From Candidatus Atabeyarchaeum deiterrae (lineage in GTDB: Archaea > Asgardarchaeota > Atabeyarchaeia > Atabeyarchaeales > Atabeyarchaeaceae): 64,000 nt of DNA. Positions 37,466 through 46,850 of the stretch are shown here, in pieces. The position numbers were made by a program, and so were the translations under genes. Under the pieces are notes generated by a model, which had not been told where the DNA came from, searched no databases, and saw only the letters and a list, made by a program, of their open reading frames with translations. Every line of letters begins with the position of its first letter. Position 1 is the first letter of the stretch. The stretch covers positions 1,248,001 to 1,312,000 of the forward strand of contig CP147780.1 in NCBI GenBank assembly GCA_037310415.1, in the 5' to 3' direction.

Positions 37466-40324
37466 ATGGGTGTTGAAGTATACTACAAGATCAAATACGA
37501 CCCGAAGTTCTGCCCCAGAAAAAAGGATTCCGTTACAGTAGTACGCAGTGATAGGGATCGGTTCATTCTAACGAATGGAGTTGCTGAGGAAAGCTATGTC
37601 GTAGACTCAAGTGCTGCGCTCATTTGGAAACTGATGGACGGACGCCACTCGATAGACTACATTAAGAGGCGACTCGCAGACAGACACACCCCTGAAGATG
37701 TTGAAGGCTTCATAGCATTTACAGCACAAGAAAACCTCATTGATGATGCCGAGGTGGAGGGAAACAAGAGTGAGGGGAGAAATACTGATAAGAAAGGTCT
37801 ACTTAGGCCCGAAGTTGTCTCGCCACTAGTAATAAACATGCCCATTCTAAATGCATCGAAATCTTCTGCTGCGTTTCGGAAGCTCCATAGGGTGACAAGG
37901 ATATTCTTCAACAGATGGTTTCTTCTTTTTGTGATAATCCTGATAGGATTCACGACTTTCCTCATGAGAGACGTGTTCATCAGTACTCTTGCTTCAAGAC
38001 AAAGCTTCGCTATGGAAGGCTCAACTATCCTTGGCTTTCTCATTTTCTCCATAGTCCTGATATTCCCTATTCTGGTGGTTCATGAGTTGGCTCACGGAGC
38101 GGCTTTGACTCACTTCGGTGGCAACCCAGGGGCGTTGGGAACTGGTCTCTATTATTTCTCTCCCATGTTCTACGTCGATACGAGTGAGTCATGGCGTTTA
38201 ACGCGCGGGAAGAGAGTGATCGTCTCAATGGCTGGACCCATGTCAACCCTGTTTATTGGATCTGTGGCTGGACTCCTTGCACATTTCAATGTTGTGCCAG
38301 GTGCTACTTACCTGTTTCAGATGACCTTCTTCTTCTCCTACTACATAGTCCTTCTGAACTTGGCTCCTATGTTTGAGACAGACGGTTATTTCGCCCTAAT
38401 GGATTCTCTGAACATTCCGAACCTCCGGTCAGAAGCTTTTGGATACATTAAAACGCTTGTGTCCAGGGGACCGCGACAAGCCAATCTGAAGTATGACGAA
38501 TACTCCAGTAAACAAAGATTAGCAATGGTTATGTACGGCGCAGTCTCAATAATCTGGTCTGTCTTCATTATCTACCTGTCATACCTATTCTTCGCATACA
38601 TTGTTGAGGACGCTCTAACTCAACTGACTAACTTGATCGGCAGCATGGTGTCCATGACTGGCTTGTCGAGCCATAATATTGAGAGCGTCCTTATCAGCGT
38701 TGGCATTGCAGTCGTCAGCTTGGGGCTTCTCACATTCATTTCGCTGAGAATCTACGCCATGACGTACTTGCCACTGAAGACTGTTGCTTCAAGAATGCAG
38801 AGAATCGGCAGTAAGGCTCTACCAATAGACGGAACATACCTCTCCACTTTCTTTCTTGCTCCAGTCATATTTCCGCCACTAAGAGAGAAACTGCTCAAGA
38901 AGCTAAGATGGATTGCTGGGAAGATGTCTCCAGACTCAAACATAACAGAGGAAGGAGAACTCGTCCATATGAGATTGACCCTGTGGAAGAACACTGAGAG
39001 AACCTTCCCCCAGCTCAGGAGCGATGTGATGCGCTACGAAAACGTCTTGAGAAAACACTACAGCTTGTACATCAAGAAGTTGTTGAAAGGCATGCGAAAA
39101 GATAGAGTCACCAATGAACTGTACATCATGGATGAGAAGAATTCTGCCAAGGCTGCTTGTGTCCTCAAACGTAGCGACTTCACAAAGGCTTTCAAGGAGA
39201 GGATCGACAAAGTGTACTCGGATATAGGTCAACTTCTGGAGTCCTTCGCATGTTTTGTGTGGGCAGTAGATCTTCGTCCGGAAGTGTTTGCAAAGCTCAA
39301 TCCTAAGGATTTCGAGTATTCCTTCCTTGAAGATATTTCAACATCAACGAGCATCTATGATGTGGGAAACTATAGGCGAGAGCGAGTGGTAGGAAGCAAG
39401 AACATAGAGTACATGCTCAAACGGATGGGCGAATACTTCAGTCTTCTCAAGGAAGATCCCAGAATAATGCAGACGACCCATGCTTCAGTGCTTTTTGAAC
39501 CTGTAAAGAACCGGTTGATGATTTTCGGTAGAGCTAGGCGGGTCGGTTCGCTGAAAAAGATGGTTGAGCATGTCATTCTGACTCCAATCAGGTCCACTCT
39601 TGAGACCACGTACTTACAGGGTCTGTCAACGAGTCTTCTAGGACTCTCACAGTTTGTTGAGCGGTCTCCCACATTCTCGATAGAGAACATAAAGAATACT
39701 GAGTGCAAGGACCTGAAATTCCTGAATCGTATTCTCGATGACTTCATTGACAGTCTTGGAATCGTCGAGGAGAATGTACTGACTATGCAGCGTCTCACAG
39801 AGACAGTCTCCTTGAAGATGAGAGAGGCAGGGAGAGCGGTCAAGACTCTTGACTATGACGTTGCTTTACTCGGCGTCGTGGTCGGGGTAACAGCTCGCGA
39901 ACTAGAGCAAGTTGACAGCAATAGAACATTCTATGCGATGCTAGCGCGGCAAAATAGAAGGCTGCTAGGGGAATTGGAGGGTCTCAAGAAAACTGTTGCT
40001 GAAACCATCCGCAAGAAAGAAAAGGGCTTCTACGGAGACATCAGAAGGCTATGGCTGACCACGGTAATCGCACTATTCGCCTCGGCAATCATCGCGTTCT
40101 ACTTGAGTTCGCTTCTCAAGGAACTCGGTGCATGGAACCTAGTTCTCTTGATCCCCATTTTCACTATATTGTCTGGCGGAGTCCTTTCTTTGGTCAGAGC
40201 ACTCAGAATAAATAGCAAAGCTCATTCACCAATAATCGACTCGGTGCTTCTGCTGTCCAATCACTACTATTCACTGGCAACCAGCATTCCTTCGGCGAGC
40301 AAGTTTCTCAATCAGATAACATAA
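37466..40324 (+). CDS. PqqD/RRE domain - M50 (site-2) zinc metallopeptidase fusion with long helical C-terminal extension
   Basis: N-terminal FILTN...YVVD...IWKLMDGRHSI...DV..FI (PqqD/RRE pattern); HELAHG, FYVDTS..W.L.R..R..VSMAGP, NLAPMFETDGY (M50); SD AGGAG. Confidence 0.85.
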   Translation: MGVEVYYKIKYDPKFCPRKKDSVTVVRSDRDRFILTNGVAEESYVVDSSAALIWKLMDGRHSIDYIKRRLADRHTPEDVEGFIAFTAQENLIDDAEVEGNKSEGRNTDKKGLLRPEVVSPLVINMPILNASKSSAAFRKLHRVTRIFFNRWFLLFVIILIGFTTFLMRDVFISTLASRQSFAMEGSTILGFLIFSIVLIFPILVVHELAHGAALTHFGGNPGALGTGLYYFSPMFYVDTSESWRLTRGKRVIVSMAGPMSTLFIGSVAGLLAHFNVVPGATYLFQMTFFFSYYIVLLNLAPMFETDGYFALMDSLNIPNLRSEAFGYIKTLVSRGPRQANLKYDEYSSKQRLAMVMYGAVSIIWSVFIIYLSYLFFAYIVEDALTQLTNLIGSMVSMTGLSSHNIESVLISVGIAVVSLGLLTFISLRIYAMTYLPLKTVASRMQRIGSKALPIDGTYLSTFFLAPVIFPPLREKLLKKLRWIAGKMSPDSNITEEGELVHMRLTLWKNTERTFPQLRSDVMRYENVLRKHYSLYIKKLLKGMRKDRVTNELYIMDEKNSAKAACVLKRSDFTKAFKERIDKVYSDIGQLLESFACFVWAVDLRPEVFAKLNPKDFEYSFLEDISTSTSIYDVGNYRRERVVGSKNIEYMLKRMGEYFSLLKEDPRIMQTTHASVLFEPVKNRLMIFGRARRVGSLKKMVEHVILTPIRSTLETTYLQGLSTSLLGLSQFVERSPTFSIENIKNTECKDLKFLNRILDDFIDSLGIVEENVLTMQRLTETVSLKMREAGRAVKTLDYDVALLGVVVGVTARELEQVDSNRTFYAMLARQNRRLLGELEGLKKTVAETIRKKEKGFYGDIRRLWLTTVIALFASAIIAFYLSSLLKELGAWNLVLLIPIFTILSGGVLSLVRALRINSKAHSPIIDSVLLLSNHYYSLATSIPSASKFLNQIT

Positions 40325-40404
40325 GAGAGAACAATACTTCTACTAGTCCGTTGCCGATTCAAAAAAGGAGAAGGGACTGAGCCATCTGTCAAGAGTCTCT
40401 TCGC

Positions 40405-41937
40405 TTACTTGTTTAGGATATTGTGGATGGGCGTTAGTCCCTTATAGACCTTCTTTAATGCATCATACATCCTGTTGTATGTGTTTACGTTCTCCTCGAT
40501 CGGGTTGTATGTTTCTCTGACCTTGAATATCTTTTCCAGTGAATCGAAATCTTTGTAGACGCCAAGTGCAACCGATGCCACCATCGCTGCCCCAACCGAT
40601 CCTACATCTTGGAGAACGTGAATCTGCTTGATTGGTTTGTTAAGTACGTCCGAGAATATCTGCATCCAGAGACTACTCTTTGCTCCTCCTCCAACACCGT
40701 TCAAAGCAACAATCTTCTGATTTAGGTTAACCTCAAACATGTCCTGAACCCATCTCGTGTTGTAGGCTACGCCTTCCATCACTGACCTGATCATGTCCCT
40801 CTTACTGTGATTCAGGGCCAGATTCACGAATCCACCTCTTGCTTTCGAATCGATGAATGGGCATCTCTCACCTAGCATCCATGGGGTGAATAACAGACAT
40901 TTCGATCCAGGCGGAGATTTTGTAGCCTCCTCGTCAAGAATCTGGTAGACGCCTTTGCCTGATTGCTCGGCTGTTCTTTTTTCTGATTCACAGAGTTCGT
41001 CCTTGAACCACTTCAAGCAACTACCTGCGTTCTCCATTTGACCGAGAAGCAATAGTTTGTTAGGATCTCCAGAACATATCGTTCCAACACCGCTGAGATC
41101 GAACAGTGGTTTATCCGTGTGGAGAGCTATCCAACCCGATGATCCCATGTAAAGGTGTGGATTACCATTCTTTATTGCTCCGGAGCCTATGCCGACGGCT
41201 GGAACATCTCCACAGCCACAGACAACCTGCACATTCTCCGTTAGTCCCAACTCATGGGCAGCTTCTTTAGTCAGGTTCCCAACCATATCAATCGTCTTCA
41301 CGACTTTGGATAGCTTTTCCTCTGTGAGCCCGATCTTCTCTACGATTTCCTTCTCAAACGTGTTTGTTTTCATATTGAACATTCCGTCAACAGAGGCACA
41401 ACTCCAATCCACGAAGAAATCTCCAACACACTTATAGATCATATAGTCCTTAACATCAACGAACTTTGCGGTCTTAGCGAATATCTCGGGTTCTTTTTCT
41501 TTGATCCACATTATCTTTGGTATTTGATCTTTGGCGGACATTGGTGGGATTACTGGTCTCCTGAGCAATTCCATTGGATCGAACAGCGTCATGAACTTGT
41601 CAGATTGCTTGGATGCTCTTGTATCAAGCCAAAGGAGGATCGGTCTCAGAGCCTTGCCGTTCTTGTCTACTGGAACTATCGAAGCCATCATGGCATCAAA
41701 GACCAATGCACCGATCTCAGAAGGCTTGATCTTAGTTTTCGCCAAGACTTCCCTAGTAGTCTTGACTATGGCCTCCCAGTAGACTTCAGGATCCTGCTCC
41801 GCCCAGCCAGGGTTCGGATAGCTGACATTATACTCAGCGGATGCAGTTCCAGCTATCTTGGCATCCGTGCCAACTATGGCTGCCTTGTTCATTTCTGTTC
41901 CGATGTCATGTGCCAAAATATACTTGAGTTCCGTCAT
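40405..41937 (-). CDS. FGGY carbohydrate kinase (xylulokinase-like)
   Basis: LAHDIGT, PGWAEQDP, WLDTRA, GERCP, RSVMEGVA, GGGAKS.LW. Confidence 0.92.
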   Translation of the reverse strand: MTELKYILAHDIGTEMNKAAIVGTDAKIAGTASAEYNVSYPNPGWAEQDPEVYWEAIVKTTREVLAKTKIKPSEIGALVFDAMMASIVPVDKNGKALRPILLWLDTRASKQSDKFMTLFDPMELLRRPVIPPMSAKDQIPKIMWIKEKEPEIFAKTAKFVDVKDYMIYKCVGDFFVDWSCASVDGMFNMKTNTFEKEIVEKIGLTEEKLSKVVKTIDMVGNLTKEAAHELGLTENVQVVCGCGDVPAVGIGSGAIKNGNPHLYMGSSGWIALHTDKPLFDLSGVGTICSGDPNKLLLLGQMENAGSCLKWFKDELCESEKRTAEQSGKGVYQILDEEATKSPPGSKCLLFTPWMLGERCPFIDSKARGGFVNLALNHSKRDMIRSVMEGVAYNTRWVQDMFEVNLNQKIVALNGVGGGAKSSLWMQIFSDVLNKPIKQIHVLQDVGSVGAAMVASVALGVYKDFDSLEKIFKVRETYNPIEENVNTYNRMYDALKKVYKGLTPIHNILNK

Positions 41938-41946
41938 CCTTCAATT

Positions 41947-43044
41947 TCACACCTCCAACAACTCATGAAGAGCCTTAACGCATCTTAGGTTATCTTCCAT
42001 TGTGGACACAGTAATACGAACATACTCTCCTTCAAGTCCCTTTGCACCAGTATAGTTCCTCACGAGAATCCCGCGCTGCATGAGCCCCATCTCTATCTTT
42101 CCTATAGGTAATTGACTATTCTCTAGCTTCACAAGTATAAAGTTTGTCTCAGAAGGATAGGGTCTTAGACCCTCAATTTTCGAGAACTCGTCGAACAGGA
42201 ATGTCCTTCCCTCAACTATCTTCCGAACGTTGCCTTGGGCATATTTGATGTCCTTCAAAGCTGCTACTGCTACCTTCTCGGCCAACAAGCTAACAGTGAA
42301 TGCGGGTCGCGCTCGTTCCAGATACTTTATGACTTTCAAGCTGCTTAATGCGTAACCAACTCTTAGACCAGCTAGACTGAACGCTTTTGAGAGCGTTCTG
42401 AGGCAAATCAAGTTCTCGTATTTGTCGATCAGTTTTGTGAGGCTTTTGCCGCAGAATTCATAGTAGGCTTCATCAAGTAGCAGTAGGACACCGGTGTCAA
42501 GTATCCTTTCTACATCCTCTTCAGGGACTACGCTTCCTACAGGGTTGTCTGGTCTGATAACAACAACGATCCTTGTCCTAGGGCTTATCTTCCTTAGTAT
42601 TCCGTCAATGTCGTATCTGAGGTCAGGTCTGGGTTTTGGGACATCCACGATATTTGCTCCAGCCACGCGAAGTCTCGCCCTGTATGGCGAGTACGTAGGT
42701 ATTGAGAGTATGGCCTCGTCTCCAGTTTCGATGAACGCTCTCGAAACAAGGTCTATTATCTCAGTTGAGCCATTTGCGACCATGATGCTTCCAGTCGTGA
42801 GCCCAGTGTAAGATGAGAGCGCTTCACGAAGTTCAAAATAGGATGAATCAGGGTACCACCCTAGTTGGTCGAACGCACCGTTCATGGCTTCCCTGACTTT
42901 GGGAGAAGGCGGATAAGGACTCTCATTCCCCATCATTCTGGCAAAGTCACTTCGATCCTTGTATAGGACACGAAGGATTGCCGTGGGATTATAGGGCTCA
43001 ACTTCCTTAACATACGGCTTGAAGAATCTGCTTACGTCTGGCAT
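41947..43044 (-). CDS. HisC/CobD-like class II PLP enzyme
   Basis: NESPYPPS, NGSTE, DNPVG, DEAYYEF, RTLSKAFSLAGLRVGY, RITV; start 43044 (track 43110). Confidence 0.85.
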   Translation of the reverse strand: MPDVSRFFKPYVKEVEPYNPTAILRVLYKDRSDFARMMGNESPYPPSPKVREAMNGAFDQLGWYPDSSYFELREALSSYTGLTTGSIMVANGSTEIIDLVSRAFIETGDEAILSIPTYSPYRARLRVAGANIVDVPKPRPDLRYDIDGILRKISPRTRIVVVIRPDNPVGSVVPEEDVERILDTGVLLLLDEAYYEFCGKSLTKLIDKYENLICLRTLSKAFSLAGLRVGYALSSLKVIKYLERARPAFTVSLLAEKVAVAALKDIKYAQGNVRKIVEGRTFLFDEFSKIEGLRPYPSETNFILVKLENSQLPIGKIEMGLMQRGILVRNYTGAKGLEGEYVRITVSTMEDNLRCVKALHELLEV

Positions 43045-43225
43045 TTCTCGCTTTACTTCCTGAACAACGCTTGCAGCAAGGGGACAGCCATATAACCCTC
43101 CATATGGCAAACCGTATTAGATAACGTTTATTGCTAGAACTGATGCCGCGTGTTTGCGAATCGTAGTGATAGAACTACTCCTCTAATGGCAACTCTGGCG
43201 TCATATGTCTTCGACAGGTCTTACG

Positions 43226-43244
43226 CTGAGAAATCGGTTCTCAG
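43226..43244. repeat. Perfect 7-bp inverted repeat (hairpin or operator)
   Basis: CTGAGAA-atcgg-TTCTCAG. Confidence 0.35.
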
Positions 43245-43307
43245 AAAACAAGATTGCTGAAGCGCTTCCCAAGATATGAGGGCAACCAGACAGAAAAACC
43301 AGACTTG

Positions 43308-43409
43308 CTAGGACCCGAGCCTTGGATCCATCATAACAGTCTTTGAATTCCTCTTCTGCAGCTTCTTGTAGATTATCCGTCTATCCCTCTTCAGAACCTG
43401 CTCTTTCAA
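43308..43409 (-). CDS. Unannotated 33-aa cationic peptide, candidate RiPP precursor
   Basis: TTG-start translation MKEQVLKRDRRIIYKKLQKRNSKTVMMDPRLGS; purine-rich AAGGGGGA SD-like site upstream; T-run shortly after the stop. Confidence 0.45.
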   Translation of the reverse strand: MKEQVLKRDRRIIYKKLQKRNSKTVMMDPRLGS

Positions 43410-43636
43410 CACGATCCCCCTTAATTAGGTTGTCACATACTTCGCCTTTTCTCAAATCATGTCGGGAGGAGACTAGTGTAACTCTAATCTCCCTTTTATG
43501 TTTTTCGACCATGGAGAACTATTCTTGATTTCTATGTTATGCGAATGTAATAGTTTAAAATAATAGTGTCGCAAGAGGCTTATCATAGCAAGATAGATTG
43601 CTGAGATTACTTTGCAAATCTAAGTTGGTCTAGACC

Positions 43637-45502
43637 TTGGCTGCCAAGATAATGCTGGTGGATCCTCCGATCCATCACTTGGTGTCTCAATTTGTGGGTG
43701 GCGTCTACTGGTATCCTTCACTTGCAGTCAGTTACCTAAGATCTGTACTCTCTTCTGTCAATGTGGAAAGTGATTGTAGGCATTGGAATGGCGAGTTCCA
43801 TAACTTTCTGGCTGATGAGCTAGATGTGATCGAGCCAGAGGATGCCATACTGGCGCTCTACACCTTCTCCTCGATGCTTTTTCCAGACTATTACGAGAAG
43901 AAAGGCACTGAAATACTGAGAACCGTCAGAGACGTGGTGAAGGAGAACCGGGACTACGATCTTGGCGACCGATATGCTTTCTTTGAATCTGAAGGCAAGA
44001 ATTGGATCGATGAGTGGATTACGGACATCGATTGGACCAATTACACACTCGTCGGAATCTCGGCTGTCACTCTAACGCAACTTATTCCTGGATTGTACTT
44101 GGCAAGACTGGTAAAACAAGCCAGTCCCAGAACACTTACTGTTTTCGGTGGATTTGCTACACATGGCAACTTCGGTGCGAAACTTATCGAAGTTTTTGAT
44201 GAAATCGACATAATTGCTGACGGCGAAGGCGAACCAATCATCAAAGACTTGGCCGCAAGCCTCGACACAAAAATGGAAATCGGCTCAGTAAAAGGGACCA
44301 TTCAACGGCATGGCTGGAACATTGTGCGCAATCCTCCCCAACCATTAATCTCAGATTTGTCTTCACTTCCCTTCCCAGATTACAGCACATATCCGAATTC
44401 AGACAAGATCGAAGAACTGCTCATAGAAATGGGAAGAGGCTGTCCATGGGGAAAATGTGCCTTTTGCACTTCTTTTGCGAGTCAAATCTATCGATCCCGT
44501 CCAGCCGAACGAGTATTCGAAGAACTGCTCTATGAGAGCGATCGGCACAAGACTAGGCGTTTCGTGTTTGTCGACCTAGACTTACTCGGTAACGTCAAGA
44601 ACCTAGAGAGATTGTGCGGTCTTCTGATCGCTGAGGGTCGCGACTTCGACCTGTTCGCGGAAGCTTGCCCACAAGGTGTCACGAAGGACCTACTCGAAAA
44701 GATGTACCGAGCAGGGTTTAGAAGACTGCAAGTTGGTTTTGAATCATTTAGCGATCCTCTCCTAAGGAAAATGGTGAAAGACTCCAAGGTGATAGACAAC
44801 CTGAAGGTTCTCAAGTGGGGAAAGGAGCTTGGAGTGAAGGTTGCAGGGAACATGATCATCGGCTTCCCAGGTGAGACTATTGAAGACCTGAAAAAATGCC
44901 TTCAGGTCATCAGAAGCTGTAACCATCTAGTTCAGTACGTGACGACAGCCGACTTCAATCTCAACTACGGATCGAATGTTTATACATCGCCTAAACAGTA
45001 TGGAGTAACAATAAAATTCGGAACCGACCTAGAAAACTTCAGCAAAGACGAAGTGGCACGCTTGATGTTCGGGCAGGACATCTTTCCTTGGCTCAGGGAC
45101 AACATCAAAGACGAAATACTCCAGTACTTCTACCCATTCAAGAAAGAGAACGAAGAAGCCGCTACCACCAAACAGCTGTCAAGACTCAGAAGAGTCATTG
45201 ACGAATCACTCAGCAAATGGCAAATGGAGAACCCCAAGCTCGAATTCTACGATATGAAAACGTATCTGCAAATCAGAGATGAACGAACACACAGAGTCAC
45301 AAAGTTCTTCACAATGGAAGCCAATGAAAGGGACATATTCATACTTTGCGAGAATGTCCAGACGCTAGAATCTCTGCATCAAGCTCTTCCACACTTAACC
45401 AAGGAGCACATCAAGGAGAAACTTGATCTCTTCATGGAACATGAACTCGTCTACGGCGGGGAGGGTGAGGAGTACATCAACTTGCCCATCAAAGGGCGAT
45501 AG
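43637..45502 (+). CDS. Cobalamin-binding (class B) radical SAM enzyme resembling RiPP-maturation C-methyltransferases
   Basis: N-terminal B12-binding region (PSLA.SYL; VGIS...LARLVK..SP...VFGG; DGEGE), GRGCPWGKCAFC, QVGFESFS..LL.KM, IIGFPGET, C-terminal YLQIRDER extension. Confidence 0.85.
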   Translation: MAAKIMLVDPPIHHLVSQFVGGVYWYPSLAVSYLRSVLSSVNVESDCRHWNGEFHNFLADELDVIEPEDAILALYTFSSMLFPDYYEKKGTEILRTVRDVVKENRDYDLGDRYAFFESEGKNWIDEWITDIDWTNYTLVGISAVTLTQLIPGLYLARLVKQASPRTLTVFGGFATHGNFGAKLIEVFDEIDIIADGEGEPIIKDLAASLDTKMEIGSVKGTIQRHGWNIVRNPPQPLISDLSSLPFPDYSTYPNSDKIEELLIEMGRGCPWGKCAFCTSFASQIYRSRPAERVFEELLYESDRHKTRRFVFVDLDLLGNVKNLERLCGLLIAEGRDFDLFAEACPQGVTKDLLEKMYRAGFRRLQVGFESFSDPLLRKMVKDSKVIDNLKVLKWGKELGVKVAGNMIIGFPGETIEDLKKCLQVIRSCNHLVQYVTTADFNLNYGSNVYTSPKQYGVTIKFGTDLENFSKDEVARLMFGQDIFPWLRDNIKDEILQYFYPFKKENEEAATTKQLSRLRRVIDESLSKWQMENPKLEFYDMKTYLQIRDERTHRVTKFFTMEANERDIFILCENVQTLESLHQALPHLTKEHIKEKLDLFMEHELVYGGEGEEYINLPIKGR

Positions 45503-45560
45503 GTGAAAAGAAGGTCGAGAGAAATGCATCTTCCGGTTATCTATTTTGCATTACGTGCGA

Positions 45561-46850
45561 CTACCTCTCCTCGACGGAGTTCTGTGATTTCTTCTTCGCT
45601 TCTTCCATGACTATTCGCTCAACTTCTCTGAAAGGTTTCCCGATTTCAATCGATATGCTTCTAACGTCTTCATACTCAGGCTTCAGGTTGAGGATCCTCC
45701 CATCGTTGCTTCTTGCGACCTTCACTCTAACATTCCTGACAATATTCCCTATCTGGACTTCAACTGGTTCTACCTCACGAGATAGAACAAACCTCTTGAC
45801 TGGATAGCTACGAACACCAAGTGTCCCAGTCTCATCGATTATCATACGTGATATCCTTTCGACCTCTCCCTCATCAACGATGACCTTCAGTATTTGACCA
45901 GGACGACTCTTTTTCATCATGACAGGAACAACGCAGACATCCCTAACTCCTTCACTTATCAATCGCTCCATCAAGAAACCGATGATCTCACCGCTAACGT
46001 CATCCAGATTCGTCTCTAAAACATAAACTCCATCGGTCAGGAGCCCATGGTCGATTTGGTCTCCAATGACAATCCTGAGGATGTTCGGCACCTCAACGAA
46101 GTCTCTTCTCCCAGCACCATAGCCAGTCGCGCGAGGTCTAAAATTGGGATAGAGTCTGCTAACTTCCTTGTTCACAATGTTCACCAAAATGGAAGCTCCT
46201 GTGGGTGTCGCCAATTCTGCTTCTACAGGGCCTCCTATCATTGGGAAACCCGACCCGCGAAGAATCTCAAGTGTGACAGGTCCAGGTGACTGAAATACTC
46301 CGTGAGAGAACTTGAAAAGCCCCCCACCCACTGCTACAGGCGTACAATAAACAGCCATACTGGGAAATACGTGTAAGTCATCAAGCGCTGTAGCGGCTCC
46401 GACTATGTCGGCGACTGTATCGGTTGATCCGAGTTCGCCCAATTCAACTTCGCTCACATCCACTTTGCCATGAACTTTCATTTCAGCTTCGAACAACGTG
46501 TCAACGGTTCTCAATGCAAAGTTTCTTGCATCGTCAGACAACTCCAACCCGCGGATGGATTCACTAACAGCACGCTTCACTGAAGAAGCGCTCCTACCTT
46601 CGCCTATCTCTAAGGGATCCTCCTCTATCTCTATATCAACTTGTTTGGCTTTGATCTCTTTCTTGGCAACGTCCTTGATGTTGACATCAATGCGCCTGCA
46701 CCAATCGACATGAGCCTTGACAGACTCAATGGCGTTTACGACCCTTGATTCACTTGCACCTACTCCAAGTAACGCGGCGATTATCATGTCTCCAGAGATC
46801 CCAGACAGCTGGCAATCCACAACCATGACCTGATTGCTCGGTTTCTCCAC
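45561..46850 (-). CDS. larC: Nickel-pincer cofactor nickel insertase LarC
   Basis: SGISGDM, AE.KVHG, ELATPTGA, GYGAG, LETNLDD..GE, MKKSRPG, ETGTLGVR, PEYED. Confidence 0.9.
   Translation of the reverse strand: MEKPSNQVMVVDCQLSGISGDMIIAALLGVGASESRVVNAIESVKAHVDWCRRIDVNIKDVAKKEIKAKQVDIEIEEDPLEIGEGRSASSVKRAVSESIRGLELSDDARNFALRTVDTLFEAEMKVHGKVDVSEVELGELGSTDTVADIVGAATALDDLHVFPSMAVYCTPVAVGGGLFKFSHGVFQSPGPVTLEILRGSGFPMIGGPVEAELATPTGASILVNIVNKEVSRLYPNFRPRATGYGAGRRDFVEVPNILRIVIGDQIDHGLLTDGVYVLETNLDDVSGEIIGFLMERLISEGVRDVCVVPVMMKKSRPGQILKVIVDEGEVERISRMIIDETGTLGVRSYPVKRFVLSREVEPVEVQIGNIVRNVRVKVARSNDGRILNLKPEYEDVRSISIEIGKPFREVERIVMEEAKKKSQNSVEER

Noticed and set aside
43221-43310. Pyrrolysine-type readthrough of the peptide's TAG stop
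   Set aside because: No pyl genes in the window, and a T-run after the stop fits termination
43381-43512. Alternative 43-aa minus-strand ORF MVEKHKREIRV…GSEEG as RiPP precursor
   Set aside because: No SD and it overlaps the better-supported 33-aa ORF; kept only as a fallback candidate
43343-43528. Ser/Cys-rich 61-aa plus-strand track ORF upstream of the radical SAM gene
   Set aside because: No SD; the Ser/Leu richness is what the antisense of a purine-rich minus-strand ORF would give
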